A stretch of 64,000 bases of DNA from Gemmatimonadota bacterium (GCA_025350665.1 JANXXJ010000089.1:1021-65020), one strand, 5' to 3'; counted from the stretch's first letter, positions 18,844-29,305 are shown. Made by a program: numbers and translations. The notes: generated by a model not told the origin, from the letters alone.

Positions 18844-19517
18844 AGGAAACCGCCACCCAGACCCGTCAGCGGGCCAACAGGATTCTCGTCAAACTGAAGG
18901 CGGCATATCCGGACGCCCATTGCGCCCTCGATCACCGGACGCCGTACGAACTGCTGGCCGCGACGATTCTCTCGGCCCAGTGCACCGATGTGCGGGTCAA
19001 CATGGTGACGCCGGCGCTGTTCACGAAGTATCCGACCGCGCGGGATCTGGCCGCGGCCCGCCCCGAGGACGTGGAGGATCTGATTCGCTCGACCGGGTTC
19101 TTCCGCAACAAGACCAAGAGCCTGATCGGCATGGCCACGGCGGTGTCGGAGCAGCACGGAGGCGAGGTGCCGCGCGACATGGACCAGCTTCGGGTGTTGC
19201 CGGGGGTCGGGCGGAAGACGGCGAATGTGGTACTCGGGAACGCCTTTGGTCGGAACGACGGCGTCGTCGTCGATACCCACGTAACGAGGTTGTCCGGGTT
19301 GCTTGGCCTGACGCGGCAGACCGACGCCGAAAAAATCGAACGCGATCTGATGGCGCTGATTCCGCAGGATGACTGGACCCTGGTCTCGCACCTGCTGATC
19401 TACCATGGACGCCAGGTTTGCATTGCCCGGCGGCCCCGGTGTGACGCCTGCGTCCTGGCGAAACTCTGTCCTTCGGTGCAGAGGGCCGTCAAGCCCGCGC
19501 CGAAGAAGAAGCGCTAG
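18840..19517 (+). CDS. nth: endonuclease III
   Basis: ATG at 18840 within ORF 18291..19517, overlapping the polX stop. HhH-GPD motif LPGVGRKTANVVL. 4Fe-4S cluster ligands CIARRPRCDACVLAKLC (C-x6-C-x2-C-x5-C). Confidence 0.92.
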   Translation: MKETATQTRQRANRILVKLKAAYPDAHCALDHRTPYELLAATILSAQCTDVRVNMVTPALFTKYPTARDLAAARPEDVEDLIRSTGFFRNKTKSLIGMATAVSEQHGGEVPRDMDQLRVLPGVGRKTANVVLGNAFGRNDGVVVDTHVTRLSGLLGLTRQTDAEKIERDLMALIPQDDWTLVSHLLIYHGRQVCIARRPRCDACVLAKLCPSVQRAVKPAPKKKR

Positions 19518-20182
19518 TCGCCGGAGCCGAGGAGCCGGGCGAACAGGCTGTCGGCCTTGCCGGACTTGGTCGGCAGCTTCTCCTTCACTTCGATCGACGA
19601 AATGACCGCACGGCCGCGCAGCCGGATGAGCAGGCCGTTCGGTCCGACACCCCGGGCGTTCCGGGTGGAATGAGTCGACGAGCTCAGGACCTCCTCGATT
19701 TCGTTTTCGACCTGGGTCCCGGCCGGCACGATCAGGGTGAAGGACCCGAACTTCGCGTCCACTTCGATCTCGACGAGATCCGACCCGAACACGGCGTCTC
19801 GGAGGTCGATGGTGACCTCGCCCAGCAGCACCCGGATACCGAGCGTCAGCGGAACGGTCCACGAGCCAGCGCGTTTGGTCGAGCCGAAGACGGACGCGAT
19901 CCGGAGATACTCCGCCGGTGACACGGGCGCGACGTCGGTGTGATCGGCTGGCTCGGTTTCGGGCAGGTGCTGGTGGTAGGGGACGGGCAGGTGGCCCTGG
20001 TCGAGGTCGGCGAGCATGGCGGCCAGGGTCGCCTCGTTGGGGGCCTGCCTGATCTGTTCGAGCCGTGACTCGAACGCTTCGGGACTGACCCGCTCTTCGG
20101 CGTGGGCCTGACAGAGCAGGCGAACGGCCTGCTGACGAGCCTGATCGAGTTCGGCCATGGCGGTCGCAAGATAGTCGGTCAT
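19514..20182 (-). CDS. DUF1707-like / LiaF-C-terminal-like domain protein
   Basis: Within ORF 19514..20434; ATG at 20180-20182 (MTDYLATAM). N-terminal SPEAFESRLEQI-type DUF1707-like segment. The C-terminal repetitive beta-rich part (GEVTIDLRDA, FGSFTLIVPAG) resembles LiaF-type domains. Assignment is tentative. Confidence 0.6.
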   Translation of the reverse strand: MTDYLATAMAELDQARQQAVRLLCQAHAEERVSPEAFESRLEQIRQAPNEATLAAMLADLDQGHLPVPYHQHLPETEPADHTDVAPVSPAEYLRIASVFGSTKRAGSWTVPLTLGIRVLLGEVTIDLRDAVFGSDLVEIEVDAKFGSFTLIVPAGTQVENEIEEVLSSSTHSTRNARGVGPNGLLIRLRGRAVISSIEVKEKLPTKSGKADSLFARLLGSGD

Positions 20183-20302
20183 CGAGGGCTCCCGGGGGTC
20201 CTGCCGGCTCCCGACGGGGCGGGCGCCGGCGGGGTTTCGATCGCCTCGCCAGCGGGGGCGCGGTACCGTTAGTTTGCCCATCTCCCACACCCTGGAATTT
20301 CC

Positions 20303-20749
20303 GTGAAGACCGCTGTGATCGAGACCGAGCGCGGTACGATGAAAGCCGAGCTTTTCGATACCGAGACGCCCCTGACCGTGGCCAACTTCGAGAAGCTGGC
20401 CAATGAGGGCTACTACGACGGTACCCGGTTCCACCGGGTCATTCCCGATTTCGTGATCCAGGGCGGCGACCCGCTATCCAAAGATCCCAACAACCCGCGC
20501 GTTGGCACGGGCGGGCCCGGATACACGATCAAGTGCGAGACCCGTCTCAATACCCACAAACACGTCGCCGGGACCCTGTCGATGGCCCATGCGGGGAAGG
20601 ATACCGGCGGGAGCCAGTTCTTTGTCTGCCATTCGCCGCAGGCGCACCTCGACGCTAAGCACACGGTGTTCGGGCAGGTAACGGAGGGCCTCGAGATCGT
20701 GAATACGATTCGCAAGAATGACCTGATCAAGTCGATCCGGGTGGCGTGA
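20303..20749 (+). CDS. ppiB: cyclophilin-type peptidyl-prolyl cis-trans isomerase
   Basis: 148-aa ORF with a GTG start. Motifs [33 protein letters not shown] and HTVFGQV. Confidence 0.92.
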   Translation: MKTAVIETERGTMKAELFDTETPLTVANFEKLANEGYYDGTRFHRVIPDFVIQGGDPLSKDPNNPRVGTGGPGYTIKCETRLNTHKHVAGTLSMAHAGKDTGGSQFFVCHSPQAHLDAKHTVFGQVTEGLEIVNTIRKNDLIKSIRVA

Positions 20750-21168
20750 AGGCAGTGCATGTCGATTTCGCGGTCATTGCCGACTACGCCCTGGTCGATC
20801 AGCAGGGCAAGCTCTCGGTGCTCGGCATCTTCCAGCATGTCTGGGTCGCGAATTTCCCGACGGTGCATCCCAGATCTCATCTGGTGCTCCGGGTCCGGGG
20901 CCGCCGAACCGAGATTGGCGAACACCGCATCCGGATCCGCTTCATTGATGATCAGGGCCAGGAACTGATGGGCGGCGACGGTACGGTCCAGTTCGGCGAG
21001 CCGCCGGCGGGCGTGACCGAGGTCGAGGCCGGCGCCGTGCTGGTGTTCGACGTGCCGCTGCCGCGCCCCGGCAACTATTCGTTCGAGATCACCCTGGGGG
21101 ACAGCGTCCTGAACGTGCCGCTGTCGGCCGCCGTCATTCCGGCCGCCCCGGCCGGTCCTCTTCACTAG
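20746..21168 (+). CDS. hypothetical protein
   Basis: 140-aa ORF whose start overlaps the PPIase stop by 4 nt. GC3-rich codons, predicted beta-rich. No family confidently recognised. Confidence 0.55.
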   Translation: MKAVHVDFAVIADYALVDQQGKLSVLGIFQHVWVANFPTVHPRSHLVLRVRGRRTEIGEHRIRIRFIDDQGQELMGGDGTVQFGEPPAGVTEVEAGAVLVFDVPLPRPGNYSFEITLGDSVLNVPLSAAVIPAAPAGPLH

Positions 21169-21178
21169 GAGCCCGTCA

Positions 21179-21757
21179 ATGCTGACTCGCGCCGAAGCGC
21201 TCGAACTCATGCACGAGTACACGGCCTCGGACGCGCTTCGCAAGCACATGTACGCCGTCGAAATCGCCATGCGGGCGATGGCCGGTCAAGTTGGCGGCGA
21301 CCCGGACTACTGGGGCATCACCGGCCTGCTCCACGATTTCGACTATGAGCGGTTCCCGAACCCGAATCGCTCCGCCACCGACGAACATCCGTCGGAGGGC
21401 GTGCGAATTCTGGCCGCTCGCGGGGTGCCCGAGGATGTCCAACAGGCGATCCTCGGCCACGCTGAATTCACCGGCGTTCCGCGAACCACGCCCATGGCCC
21501 GAGCCCTGTTTGCGGTCGATGAGTTGTCTGGATTCCTGGTGGCCTGCGCGCTGGTCAGGCCGTCGCGCTCCCTGGCCGATCTCGAAGTGTCGAGCGTCAA
21601 GAAGAAGCTCAAGGACAAGGCCTTCGCGCGCGGGGTGAGCCGGGAGGATGTCCACAAGGGCATCGAGGAGCTGGGTGTGCCGCTTGACCAGCACGTGCAG
21701 TTCGTCCTCGAGGCGCTCCGCCCCGAGGAGCGTCAGCTGGGTCTCGGGCCTCCGTGA
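21179..21757 (+). CDS. HD/HDIG domain phosphohydrolase
   Basis: 192-aa ORF. HD motif GLLHDFDY and a downstream histidine (ILGHAEF). Confidence 0.8.
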   Translation: MLTRAEALELMHEYTASDALRKHMYAVEIAMRAMAGQVGGDPDYWGITGLLHDFDYERFPNPNRSATDEHPSEGVRILAARGVPEDVQQAILGHAEFTGVPRTTPMARALFAVDELSGFLVACALVRPSRSLADLEVSSVKKKLKDKAFARGVSREDVHKGIEELGVPLDQHVQFVLEALRPEERQLGLGPP

Positions 21758-23175
21758 CTCTTCCCGGCCGCCTCCATCCGATGGCGGCCGACGCCGTCGA
21801 GCGGGCGATCGATCGCGCGGCCGGCAGCCGGCCGATTCCGGCGAATCAGGTCGATCTTCTGTTCGATGGGCCGATGGCCTTCGATGCCATGCTCGACATC
21901 ATCGCCAAAGCCCGGCGCTGGATTCATTTCGACAATTACATCGTCCGGGAAGATCGAACCGGGCTCCGGTTCGCGGATGCCCTGATCGACCGAGCCCGGG
22001 ACGGGGTCGCCGTGCGGGTTTCCTGCGATTGGCTCGGTTCCGTGGGCACGCCGGCCGGATTATGGGCTCGGCTGGAAGCGGCCGGCGTGACCGTCCGGCA
22101 CTTTCACCGGCCGGGTCTCTTTGATTTCTCGACAATCCTGAGCCGCAATCACCGCAAACTGGTCGTGGCCGACGGCGAGCGGGCGGTGATTGGTGGCATC
22201 TGCATCGGCGACGAGTGGGCCGGAGATCCGGCTCGCGGCCGGTTACCCTGGCGGGACACGGCCGTGCTGGTGGCGGGCCCCGCCGCCGCCGCTCTGGACC
22301 AAGCGTTCCAGCGGACGTGGGCCATGGGCGGCAGCCCGCTGCCCGACGACGAGTCGGCGGCCGATGTTGCCGCAGCGGGGTCGGCGGCGGTGCGGGTCCT
22401 TGCCGGTGAGCCGGCCCAGGAACGCGCCTACCGGGCTTCGGAGCTCCTGTTGGCCACGGCGGCGAGCCGGGTCTGGATCACCGACGCCTATCTCGTGGCG
22501 CCGCGGCGGCTGTTCCGATACTTGGTCGATGCCGCCCGTGAAGGCGTGGACGTCCGGCTACTGGTGCCGGGGACCAGCGACCTCCCGCTGATCCGCAACC
22601 TGACGCGATTCGGCTACCGTGAACTGCTCCGGTCGGGCGTCCGAATCTACGAGTGGAAGGGCCCGATGCTTCACGCCAAGACGGTGGTGGCGGACGGGCG
22701 GTGGGTTCGGGTGGGTTCGAGCAACCTGAACCACTCGAGCCTGGTGGGGAACTACGAACTGGATGTCCTGGTCGACGACGCCACCCTCGCCGAGCGGATG
22801 GAGGCCCAGTTCCGGCGAGACCTCGACCACAGTGCCGAGGTGACGGTCCGTCCGCGTCGGGCCCCCGCACGATTCCGTGGGGTCCTTCCGGGTGCCTTGG
22901 GCTTTGAGCGGCCGGAGGACGCAGGCCCCCGCCATCGGCGGTGGCTTGGTGAGCGGCGCAGTCGGTCGGTGCTGGCCCTCCGGACCCTGGTCGCCGGAGC
23001 CCGTTTGGCCGTGTTCGGCCCTCTGGCGCTCGGCCTGGCCGTGGTCGGCGTCCTCTTCTTCGTTGTCCCGAGCGTGATGGGCGTAATCTTCGGCGTGATA
23101 AGCATTTGGCTCGCTCTGGTCAGCTTCGCGGAAGTGCTGCGCCGGCGCCGGGGCCTGCTGGATCGAAGACCGTGA
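21754..23175 (+). CDS. phospholipase D / cardiolipin synthase-like protein with C-terminal membrane anchor
   Basis: 473-aa ORF overlapping the HD gene stop by 4 nt. Two HKD motifs (HRKLVVADG and LHAKTVVADGRWVRVGSSNLN). Two C-terminal hydrophobic helices. Confidence 0.85.
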   Translation: MTLPGRLHPMAADAVERAIDRAAGSRPIPANQVDLLFDGPMAFDAMLDIIAKARRWIHFDNYIVREDRTGLRFADALIDRARDGVAVRVSCDWLGSVGTPAGLWARLEAAGVTVRHFHRPGLFDFSTILSRNHRKLVVADGERAVIGGICIGDEWAGDPARGRLPWRDTAVLVAGPAAAALDQAFQRTWAMGGSPLPDDESAADVAAAGSAAVRVLAGEPAQERAYRASELLLATAASRVWITDAYLVAPRRLFRYLVDAAREGVDVRLLVPGTSDLPLIRNLTRFGYRELLRSGVRIYEWKGPMLHAKTVVADGRWVRVGSSNLNHSSLVGNYELDVLVDDATLAERMEAQFRRDLDHSAEVTVRPRRAPARFRGVLPGALGFERPEDAGPRHRRWLGERRSRSVLALRTLVAGARLAVFGPLALGLAVVGVLFFVVPSVMGVIFGVISIWLALVSFAEVLRRRRGLLDRRP

Positions 23176-23216
23176 TAACGCCTCAACGGTCCCCCTTTGC
23201 CCTGCGTACTAGCCTC

Positions 23217-23759
23217 GTGACCGAACCCGATCTTGCAACGGCGGCTCAGAAGGGCGACGCGGAGGCTTTTGGCCGGCTGGTCATGAGCTACGCGTTGGTG
23301 GCCCGTCGGGTGGCCCAGGGAATCCTGGGTAATTGGGATGAAGCCGAGGACGCGGTGCAGGAAGCGTCGCTGGCCGCCTGGCAAGCGATTGACCGATACG
23401 ATCCGTCCCGGGCGTTCCGTCCCTGGTTCATTCGGATCGTGGCCAATCAGTCCCTTGATCAACTGCGGCGCCGCAAGCTCCGGGATGGCGAGGAGCTCGA
23501 CGAAATGACGCCGACCCTGACGCCGAGCCCCGAGGCGATGACGGATCGGGCGTTGCTGCGGGGCAGGATTGCGGGAGCGATGCGGCTCCTGCCCGAGCGG
23601 CAGCGAACAGCCGTGACGCTTTTTGATGGTGAGGGATACAGTCACGCCGAGATCGCGGCCATTCTGCAGGTGCCGGAAGGCACGGTTCGTTCGTATGTGT
23701 TTCACGCACGGCGCGCGCTGCGGAAGGCGCTCGTCTCTCTGGTGGAGGCCCCGGCATGA
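23217..23759 (+). CDS. ECF-type RNA polymerase sigma factor
   Basis: Within ORF 23106..23759. A GTG at 23217 gives MTEPDLATAAQKGDAEAFGRLV. An alternative GTG at 23172 overlaps the cls-like stop (GTGA). Region 2 DAVQEASLAAW and region 4 EGYSHAEIAAILQVPEGTVRSYVFHARRALR. Confidence 0.85.
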   Translation: MTEPDLATAAQKGDAEAFGRLVMSYALVARRVAQGILGNWDEAEDAVQEASLAAWQAIDRYDPSRAFRPWFIRIVANQSLDQLRRRKLRDGEELDEMTPTLTPSPEAMTDRALLRGRIAGAMRLLPERQRTAVTLFDGEGYSHAEIAAILQVPEGTVRSYVFHARRALRKALVSLVEAPA

Positions 23760-24100
23760 CCGAGCATTCCGCATTCGATGCAGGACGTGATACCGAGATG
23801 GGTGATCTCATGGCTGAAGTGCTGGACGGTCCTGATCCGAGCGGATACCTCGCTCGACTCGGATCGGCGTTGGCGGGCCTGCCGAGCCGCCGGTCGCCCT
23901 GGGATGTCCTGGCGGAGTGGGCGCGGCCCAGTGTGCTGGTCGCGGCATTGGCGGCCGGCTTCATTCTCGGCATGGCGCTGTGGCAGCACTGGCGCGAGCC
24001 GCTCGCCCCGGCAGGCATGATCCCGGTGTCGGTGGCGATGCTCGATGCCTCGCGGCTCGGGGAAACGCAGGTGATCTATACCGTGTTGGAGGAACGATGA
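23756..24100 (+). CDS. putative anti-sigma / small single-pass membrane protein
   Basis: 114-aa ORF overlapping the sigma stop by 4 nt. One TM helix (VLVAALAAGFILGMALW). The call is based on position only. Confidence 0.55.
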   Translation: MTEHSAFDAGRDTEMGDLMAEVLDGPDPSGYLARLGSALAGLPSRRSPWDVLAEWARPSVLVAALAAGFILGMALWQHWREPLAPAGMIPVSVAMLDASRLGETQVIYTVLEER

Positions 24101-24489
24101 TGAAATCCCGATTGGCGGCTTTTCGGCTTCTGGCATTGGCGTTCGCGCTGGGTGGCCTGGCCGGCGGCGCCGCGACGATGCTGGCCGAGCGGGGAGCCCA
24201 TCCGGAAGGCCCTCGCGAAGGCGGTCCGCAGGGATACGTGAATATGCTCAAGGCCGAGCTCGACCTGTCGGCCGAGGAGCAGCAGGTCGTCGGCGGAATT
24301 CTGAAACGCCATGAGCCGGCCATGGATTCGATCTGGCAGATGGTGCGGCCCCAGTTCGAAGCCGAACGACAGGCGGTTCGGCGGGAAGTCCGGGCCGTCC
24401 TGAAGCCGGACCAGGCCGCGAAGTACGACCGACTGATCGCGCGGCGGGACAGCATCCACCGAGCCCGGGGCGCCGCACATGGCAAGTAG
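24097..24489 (+). CDS. periplasmic Spy/CpxP-family-like protein
   Basis: ATG at 24097 within ORF 23917..24489, overlapping the previous stop. Signal peptide MMKSRLAAFRLLALAFALGGLAGG. Helical, with LTxxQ-like repeats (LSAEEQ, LKPDQ). Confidence 0.6.
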   Translation: MMKSRLAAFRLLALAFALGGLAGGAATMLAERGAHPEGPREGGPQGYVNMLKAELDLSAEEQQVVGGILKRHEPAMDSIWQMVRPQFEAERQAVRREVRAVLKPDQAAKYDRLIARRDSIHRARGAAHGK

Positions 24490-25783
24490 ATCGTGGGTGT
24501 ACGGCGTCGGGATCCTGCTGATGGCCGGTCATGCCTCGGCCCAATCGACCAAGCCGGCGGTGACGCTGGCGGACGCGATCGAACGGGCCGAGCGGGCTCA
24601 GCCTCGGGTGATCCAGGCGGCTGGGACCCTGCAGAACGCCGACGCCCGGGTTCGGTCGGCCCGAGGGGCGTATCTGCCGAACTTCAACGTGCAGAGTTCG
24701 GCCGCCAACTTCTACTCCGAGGGCCAGCGGCTCGACCAGAGCACCGGCCAGCTGGTCGCGAGCAACTCGAGTAACACGAGTATCAACGGCAGTCTCACCA
24801 CCTCGATCGAGCTGTTCGACGGCTTTCGCCGCAGTGCCGAATCCCGCGCCGCCGGCGCGAACCGGGAGTCGGCCATGGAGAGTCTCGACGACGCCCGGTT
24901 CCAGCAGCAGCTGACCACCACGAATCAGTTCTTCGACGTGCTCGCCGCGGTCCAACTGGTGCGCGTGCGGGGCGCCAGCGTGCGGCGGGCCGACGAGCAG
25001 CTCAAGGTGTCCATCGCGCGGCTCAGGGCTGGCGCCGCAATCCGGTCCGATTCACTCCGCTCACTGGTCACCCTCGGCAATGCCCAGATCCAGCTCATCA
25101 ACGCCCAGACCCAGTTGACCACCGCCGAGGCCAATCTCGGCCGGCTGGTCGGGACCGAAGGTCCGGTTACCGCCATCGACGATTCGGCCTTCTACCGGCT
25201 GGGCGCTCCGCTCGACACGGTCGCCCTCCGGGTCGAGGCGCTCGATCGTTCGCCCCAGGTTCGAACGGCTGAGGCAGCCGAGCGGTCCGCCCGCGCGTCA
25301 ATCGGCGTCGCCCGCGCCGGATACTGGCCGACGCTGACACTCGGGGGCAACGCCTCGATCAACGGCAGCCAGCAGAACGACTACAAGTTCCTCCAGCAGC
25401 GGCAGGCCACGCTCACGGTAAACTGGGGGGTGTTCAACCGGTTTACCCGGGAACAAAATATCGCCAACCAGCGGACCGCGACCGACATCGCGGAGGCCAA
25501 CTCCCGGGAAGCCCGCCGCCAGGTCCTCACGAGCCTGACCACGCGCTTGGCCGAATTCGATGCGGCCCAGGTCCGGATTGGGATCACCCAGACCAGCCTG
25601 GCGGCCGCGAACGAAGACCTCCGGGTCCAGCAGGAGCGCTACCGGATCGGCGTCGCCACCATCGTGGACGTCCTGACGTCGCAGGAGTCACTTACCCAGG
25701 CGGAGGTGGACGCCGTCAACGCGCGGTTCGACTATCTCCGGGCCAAGGCTCAAATCCAGGCACTGATCGGACGGCAGCTATGA
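24479..25783 (+). CDS. TolC-family outer membrane efflux protein
   Basis: 434-aa ORF. Signal peptide ending HASAQ. Two-repeat OEP architecture with typical segments ([31 protein letters not shown]). Confidence 0.85.
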   Translation: MASRSWVYGVGILLMAGHASAQSTKPAVTLADAIERAERAQPRVIQAAGTLQNADARVRSARGAYLPNFNVQSSAANFYSEGQRLDQSTGQLVASNSSNTSINGSLTTSIELFDGFRRSAESRAAGANRESAMESLDDARFQQQLTTTNQFFDVLAAVQLVRVRGASVRRADEQLKVSIARLRAGAAIRSDSLRSLVTLGNAQIQLINAQTQLTTAEANLGRLVGTEGPVTAIDDSAFYRLGAPLDTVALRVEALDRSPQVRTAEAAERSARASIGVARAGYWPTLTLGGNASINGSQQNDYKFLQQRQATLTVNWGVFNRFTREQNIANQRTATDIAEANSREARRQVLTSLTTRLAEFDAAQVRIGITQTSLAAANEDLRVQQERYRIGVATIVDVLTSQESLTQAEVDAVNARFDYLRAKAQIQALIGRQL

Positions 25784-26535
25784 CGACCCAAGGGATCGAA
25801 ACGACGGCCGAGCGGATGGCGCAGTTGCCGCCCGATGTGCCGCGCGACGCGATAATCGTGGTCCGCCATCTCGAGCGCGAGTACGTCATGGGGAGCGAGA
25901 CGGTTCATGCGCTTCGGGGCGTCGACCTGACCATTCGCCGCAACGAGTTCGTGGCGATCATGGGTCCGTCGGGGTCGGGCAAGTCGACGCTGATGAACCT
26001 GATCGGCTGTCTCGACACGCCCTCGACCGGCGAGTACTGGCTCAATGGGTACCGTGTGTCGGAACTCGGTGACGATCAGCTGGCCCGGATCCGGAACAAG
26101 GAAATCGGTTTCGTCTTCCAGACCTTCAACCTGCTCCCTCGCGCCACGGCGCTGCAGAACGTCGAGCTCCCGATGGTGTACGCCGGCGTGAACTCGAAGG
26201 AACGCCGGGCCGCAGCGCAGGCGGCCCTCGGGCGGGTCGGTCTGGGCGACCGGATGTCGCACCGGCCGAACGAACTCTCCGGCGGCCAGCGGCAGCGCGT
26301 GGCGATCGCCCGGGCGCTGGTGAACACGCCGAGTCTGATTCTCGCGGACGAACCCACGGGCAACCTCGACTCGAAGACGAGTGAGGAGATTCTCGCCTTG
26401 TTCGAACAGCTCCACCTCGAAGGCCAGACGATCTTGCTGGTCACCCACGAACTCGATATTGCCGCGCACGCCCGCCGCCAGGTCCACCTGCGCGACGGGC
26501 GGGTCGAACGCGACTTCCAGACGGAGAAGAAGTGA
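25780..26535 (+). CDS. ABC transporter ATP-binding protein (MacB/LolD-type)
   Basis: Walker [10 protein letters not shown], signature LSGGQRQR and Walker [13 protein letters not shown]. The start overlaps the TolC stop by 4 nt. Confidence 0.92.
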   Translation: MTTQGIETTAERMAQLPPDVPRDAIIVVRHLEREYVMGSETVHALRGVDLTIRRNEFVAIMGPSGSGKSTLMNLIGCLDTPSTGEYWLNGYRVSELGDDQLARIRNKEIGFVFQTFNLLPRATALQNVELPMVYAGVNSKERRAAAQAALGRVGLGDRMSHRPNELSGGQRQRVAIARALVNTPSLILADEPTGNLDSKTSEEILALFEQLHLEGQTILLVTHELDIAAHARRQVHLRDGRVERDFQTEKK

Positions 26536-28094
26536 TCATGTCCCGAATCGTTCGCATGCTGCCGTTCGCCGCACTCGCCGCCATGGCCTGCACCCAGGCC
26601 AAGGCCCCGACCGTCGTCTATCAGGCGGTGCCGGTTGAACGCCGGAACATCATCGTGTCGGCGCGGGCCACCGGGACCGTGCAGCCGGACACGGTTGTCG
26701 AGGTGAAATCGAAGGCGTCGGGGGAGATCCTCGAGATGCGCGCGGAGACGGGTGCCGTGGTCCAGCGAGGTTCCCTGCTGGTGCGGGTCGACCAGCGGAC
26801 CCCCCGGAACACCCTGAATCAGGCCGAGGCGGACCTCGATGTGGTCAAGGCCAGGCTTCAGAACGCCGACGCCCAGAAGCGACGCTCCGACGAGCTGTTC
26901 AAGTCACAGTCGATCACCGAGCAGGAGCATGAATCGGCTGTCCTGGCGGTGGCCAACGCCAAGGCCGAGGTGGTCCGGGCGCAGGTGGCGGTCGAAAACG
27001 CGCGAATCTCGATGGAGGATACCGACGTCCTCGCCCCGATCTCAGGGACGATCATCGCGAAGAGTGTCGAGCGCGGCCAGGTCATTTCGTCGCCGACTCG
27101 GGACGTCGGCGGCGGCAGCGTGCTGCTCAAGATGGCCGATCTGAACCTGGTCCAGGTTCGAACCTCGGTTGACGAGACCGACATCGGCAAGATCCGCCCG
27201 GGCCTCCGCGCGACGGTCACGGTGGATGCCTATCCGAACCAGCCCTTCGAGGGCGAGGTCCTCAAGATCGAGCCACTGGCGGAGACGGTGCAGAACGTCA
27301 CGATGTTTCCGGTGCAGGTCCGGATCGACAACCGCAACGGTTTGTTGCGGCCCGGCATGAACGCCGACGTCCAACTCCACATCGGCCGGCGGGACAGCGT
27401 CCTCGCGGTGCCGAACTCCGCTCTCCGCACCACCCGCGACGTGAGTTCGGCCGCCCAGGTTCTCGGCATCACGGAGCAACAGCTGCAGCCGATGATGGCT
27501 GCGGCCCAGAAGGTGGCTGATTCACTCAAGGATCTCGCGGCCAGGAACGCGCCCAAGGACACGACCAAGAAGGACGCACCCAAGCCGGAGGCCGGGGCCA
27601 AACCGGCCGGCGCTACCATGACCACCCCGGACGGCCGGACGATCCCGCTCCCGGCCGGCGTCACGGAAGCGCAGGTCCGCGAGCTTTTCCGCAAGCGGTT
27701 CTCCGGCGGAACGCTGACGCCGCAGGAACAGCAGACGATGCAGAAGGTCATGCAGAACTTCGGCGGGGGCCGAGGGGCTGGCCGGCCGCGGAACGGCAAC
27801 GATTTCCAGTTCGGCGGCAACTACATCGTCTTCGTCAGGCGGAACGGCCAGCCGGTCCCGATCATGGTGCGGACCGGCCTGACGGACCTCGACTACAGCG
27901 AAGTGATCAGCGGTTTGTCGATGACGGACTCGGTCCTGGTCCTTCCAAGTGCCAGCCTGGTTCAATCGCAACAAGAGTTCAAGAACCGCATGACCAACAT
28001 GACCGGGGGCGGGGCCGTGCCGGGCATGCGGTCGGCTTCATCGACCAGCGCGCCGTCCACGGCGGCTCGCCCCGCGACGGGGGGCCGCCCATGA
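26532..28094 (+). CDS. efflux periplasmic adaptor (HlyD/MacA-type membrane fusion protein) with a long low-complexity insertion
   Basis: 520-aa ORF with an N-terminal anchor or signal. Barrel-sandwich and hairpin segments ([27 protein letters not shown]). Contains a Lys/Pro/Ala/Gly-rich insertion of about 115 aa (27471-27816). Confidence 0.85.
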   Translation: MIMSRIVRMLPFAALAAMACTQAKAPTVVYQAVPVERRNIIVSARATGTVQPDTVVEVKSKASGEILEMRAETGAVVQRGSLLVRVDQRTPRNTLNQAEADLDVVKARLQNADAQKRRSDELFKSQSITEQEHESAVLAVANAKAEVVRAQVAVENARISMEDTDVLAPISGTIIAKSVERGQVISSPTRDVGGGSVLLKMADLNLVQVRTSVDETDIGKIRPGLRATVTVDAYPNQPFEGEVLKIEPLAETVQNVTMFPVQVRIDNRNGLLRPGMNADVQLHIGRRDSVLAVPNSALRTTRDVSSAAQVLGITEQQLQPMMAAAQKVADSLKDLAARNAPKDTTKKDAPKPEAGAKPAGATMTTPDGRTIPLPAGVTEAQVRELFRKRFSGGTLTPQEQQTMQKVMQNFGGGRGAGRPRNGNDFQFGGNYIVFVRRNGQPVPIMVRTGLTDLDYSEVISGLSMTDSVLVLPSASLVQSQQEFKNRMTNMTGGGAVPGMRSASSTSAPSTAARPATGGRP

Positions 28095-29305
28095 TCATCG
28101 GCGAAACGTTTCGGGTGGCTTTGTCGAGTATCCGGGCCAATAAGCTCCGGGCGGCGCTCACCATGCTCGGCGTTGTCATCGGCGTCGGCGCGGTGATTGC
28201 GGTCGTGGCCCTTGGCACCGGGGCCCAGAAGGCGGTCGAAGACCGGATCAACGCGCTCGGGGCTAACGTGCTGTCGGTCTACCCGGGCCAGTCATTCTTT
28301 GGCGGCCGGGCGTCCGACAACCGGGTCAGCCTCACGGTCGACAACGCCGACGCCCTCCGCCGCGACGCGCCGCTGATCGCCGATGTGGTGCCCGAGCTCA
28401 GCCGCAACCTGACCGTCGGGTACAGCAACAAGAATCTCAATGTCAGTGTCGTCGGAACCACGCCCAATTTTCTTTCGGTCAAGAACTTCCACATCCAGTA
28501 CGGGTCGATGTTCACCGTCGGCGACGATGGAGCCCGGCAGCGGTACGCCGTGCTTGGCAACTCGATTCCGGACATGCTGGGGGTCAACCCGGCGGCCCTG
28601 ATCAAGCAGCAGATCAGCATCGGCGGCCAGACGTTCGATGTCGTCGGGGTCCTCGAGAAGAAGGGCGCCGCGATGTCATTCTTCAATCCGGATGAGCAAA
28701 TCCTGATTCCGCTCAGCACGGCCCGCTACCGGGTGATGGGGACGGACCGGCTCCGGCAGGTGAGTCTCAAGGTCAGGGACAACGTCCCGCTTGAGCAGGG
28801 CATGGTCGATATCGAACGGGTGCTCCGGCGAGAGCACAAGATCCGGCCCGGCGCGGACAATGATTTCCAGATCCGGAACCAGCAGGATATTCTGGCGACG
28901 CAGCAGCAGGCGACCGAAGTGTTCAGCCTGCTGCTCGCGAGCATCGCGGCGGTCTCGCTGGTCGTCGGGGGCATCGGGATCATGAACATCATGCTGGTAT
29001 CGGTGACCGAGCGAACCCGAGAGATCGGCGTCCGGCGAGCCCTGGGCGCCACGAAACTCAACATCATGAGCCAGTTCCTGGTCGAGGCGGTGGTCTTGTG
29101 CCTGATGGGCGGCCTGTTCGGCGTTCTGGTCGGGATGTTGAGTGCCCGATTCATGTCCACGCTCCTGGGATGGAATACCCTCATCTCGCCAACCGCCGTC
29201 ATTGTGGCGTTCGTGTTCAGCGCCCTGGTGGGGTTGTTCTTCGGCCTCTGGCCGGCGCGTCGGGCCGCCAACCTCAACACCATCGACGCGTTGCGGTACG
29301 AGTAG
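28091..29305 (+). CDS. ABC transporter permease (MacB/FtsX-like)
   Basis: 404-aa ORF. N-terminal TM helix, a MacB-type periplasmic domain, then a C-terminal FtsX 3-TM bundle (GGIGIMNIMLVSVTERTREIGVRRALGA). Confidence 0.9.
   Translation: MIIGETFRVALSSIRANKLRAALTMLGVVIGVGAVIAVVALGTGAQKAVEDRINALGANVLSVYPGQSFFGGRASDNRVSLTVDNADALRRDAPLIADVVPELSRNLTVGYSNKNLNVSVVGTTPNFLSVKNFHIQYGSMFTVGDDGARQRYAVLGNSIPDMLGVNPAALIKQQISIGGQTFDVVGVLEKKGAAMSFFNPDEQILIPLSTARYRVMGTDRLRQVSLKVRDNVPLEQGMVDIERVLRREHKIRPGADNDFQIRNQQDILATQQQATEVFSLLLASIAAVSLVVGGIGIMNIMLVSVTERTREIGVRRALGATKLNIMSQFLVEAVVLCLMGGLFGVLVGMLSARFMSTLLGWNTLISPTAVIVAFVFSALVGLFFGLWPARRAANLNTIDALRYE

Noticed and set aside
17110-20288. Minus-strand ORFs 17110..18495 (461 aa) and 18735..20288 (517 aa)
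   Set aside because: They are antisense to polX and nth, both of which have unambiguous motifs. These are high-GC shadow ORFs.
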